Shown: piece after piece, positions 63,951-64,000 of the stretch
How the letters are laid out: each line of letters begins with the position of its first letter
How positions within the stretch are numbered: position 1 is the stretch's first letter
Origin: Raillietiella orientalis
Lineage: Eukaryota
NCBI GenBank assembly: GCA_036172245.1
Contig: JAYWIR010000006.1
Coordinates: 1,488,001 to 1,552,000 of the forward strand
Reading direction: 5' to 3'
DNA: 64,000 nucleotides
Notes under the pieces: model-generated
What the model was told of the DNA's origin: nothing
The model's database searches: none
What the model saw: only the letters and a program-made list of their open reading frames with translations
Program-made: the position numbers and the translations under genes

Positions 63951-64000
63951 CCCGCAGGATATTCCGGAGGACACTGAAAGCCTCCCCAGGCGCTTGGCGT

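Noticed and set aside
1..64000. rRNA, tRNA, LTR pairs or prokaryotic operons
   Set aside because: None recognised by eye; tRNAscan-SE, Infernal or an LTR finder would be needed to exclude them formally

Overview
Eukaryotic-looking, GC-rich (roughly 60% or more by eye), repeat-dominated DNA. I found no intact protein-coding gene, RNA gene or CRISPR array. Most of the window is a nested graveyard of about 20 heavily decayed L1/Tx1-type non-LTR retrotransposon ORF2 fragments on both strands. They are recognisable only from ordered, frameshifted motifs: APE GDFN and D.WR..P, KSPGPDG, NYRP, D..KAFD, RQGCPL, YADD, SGL.VN, YLG, GGLGL and the zf-RVT C..C/H..C. Interspersed are DNA-transposon relics: two hAT transposases in opposite orientation (one near full length), a Pif1-family helicase with no visible Helitron Rep, a Crypton/DUF3504-type tyrosine recombinase and a probable PIF/Harbinger transposase. 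There is also a possible laminin-IV domain fragment at the left edge and a weak D5/SF3-helicase-like fragment. The most distinctive structure is an inverted repeat with arms of about 165 bp (about 94% identical in the core) inside two back-to-back LINE RT relics at 44.45-45.01 kb. A 30-bp tandem repeat open on both strands lies at 48.85-49.05 kb. The long ORFs in the track are mostly GC-rich shadow frames. All calls are by-eye motif matches with approximate boundaries, and I see no convincing new biological system.
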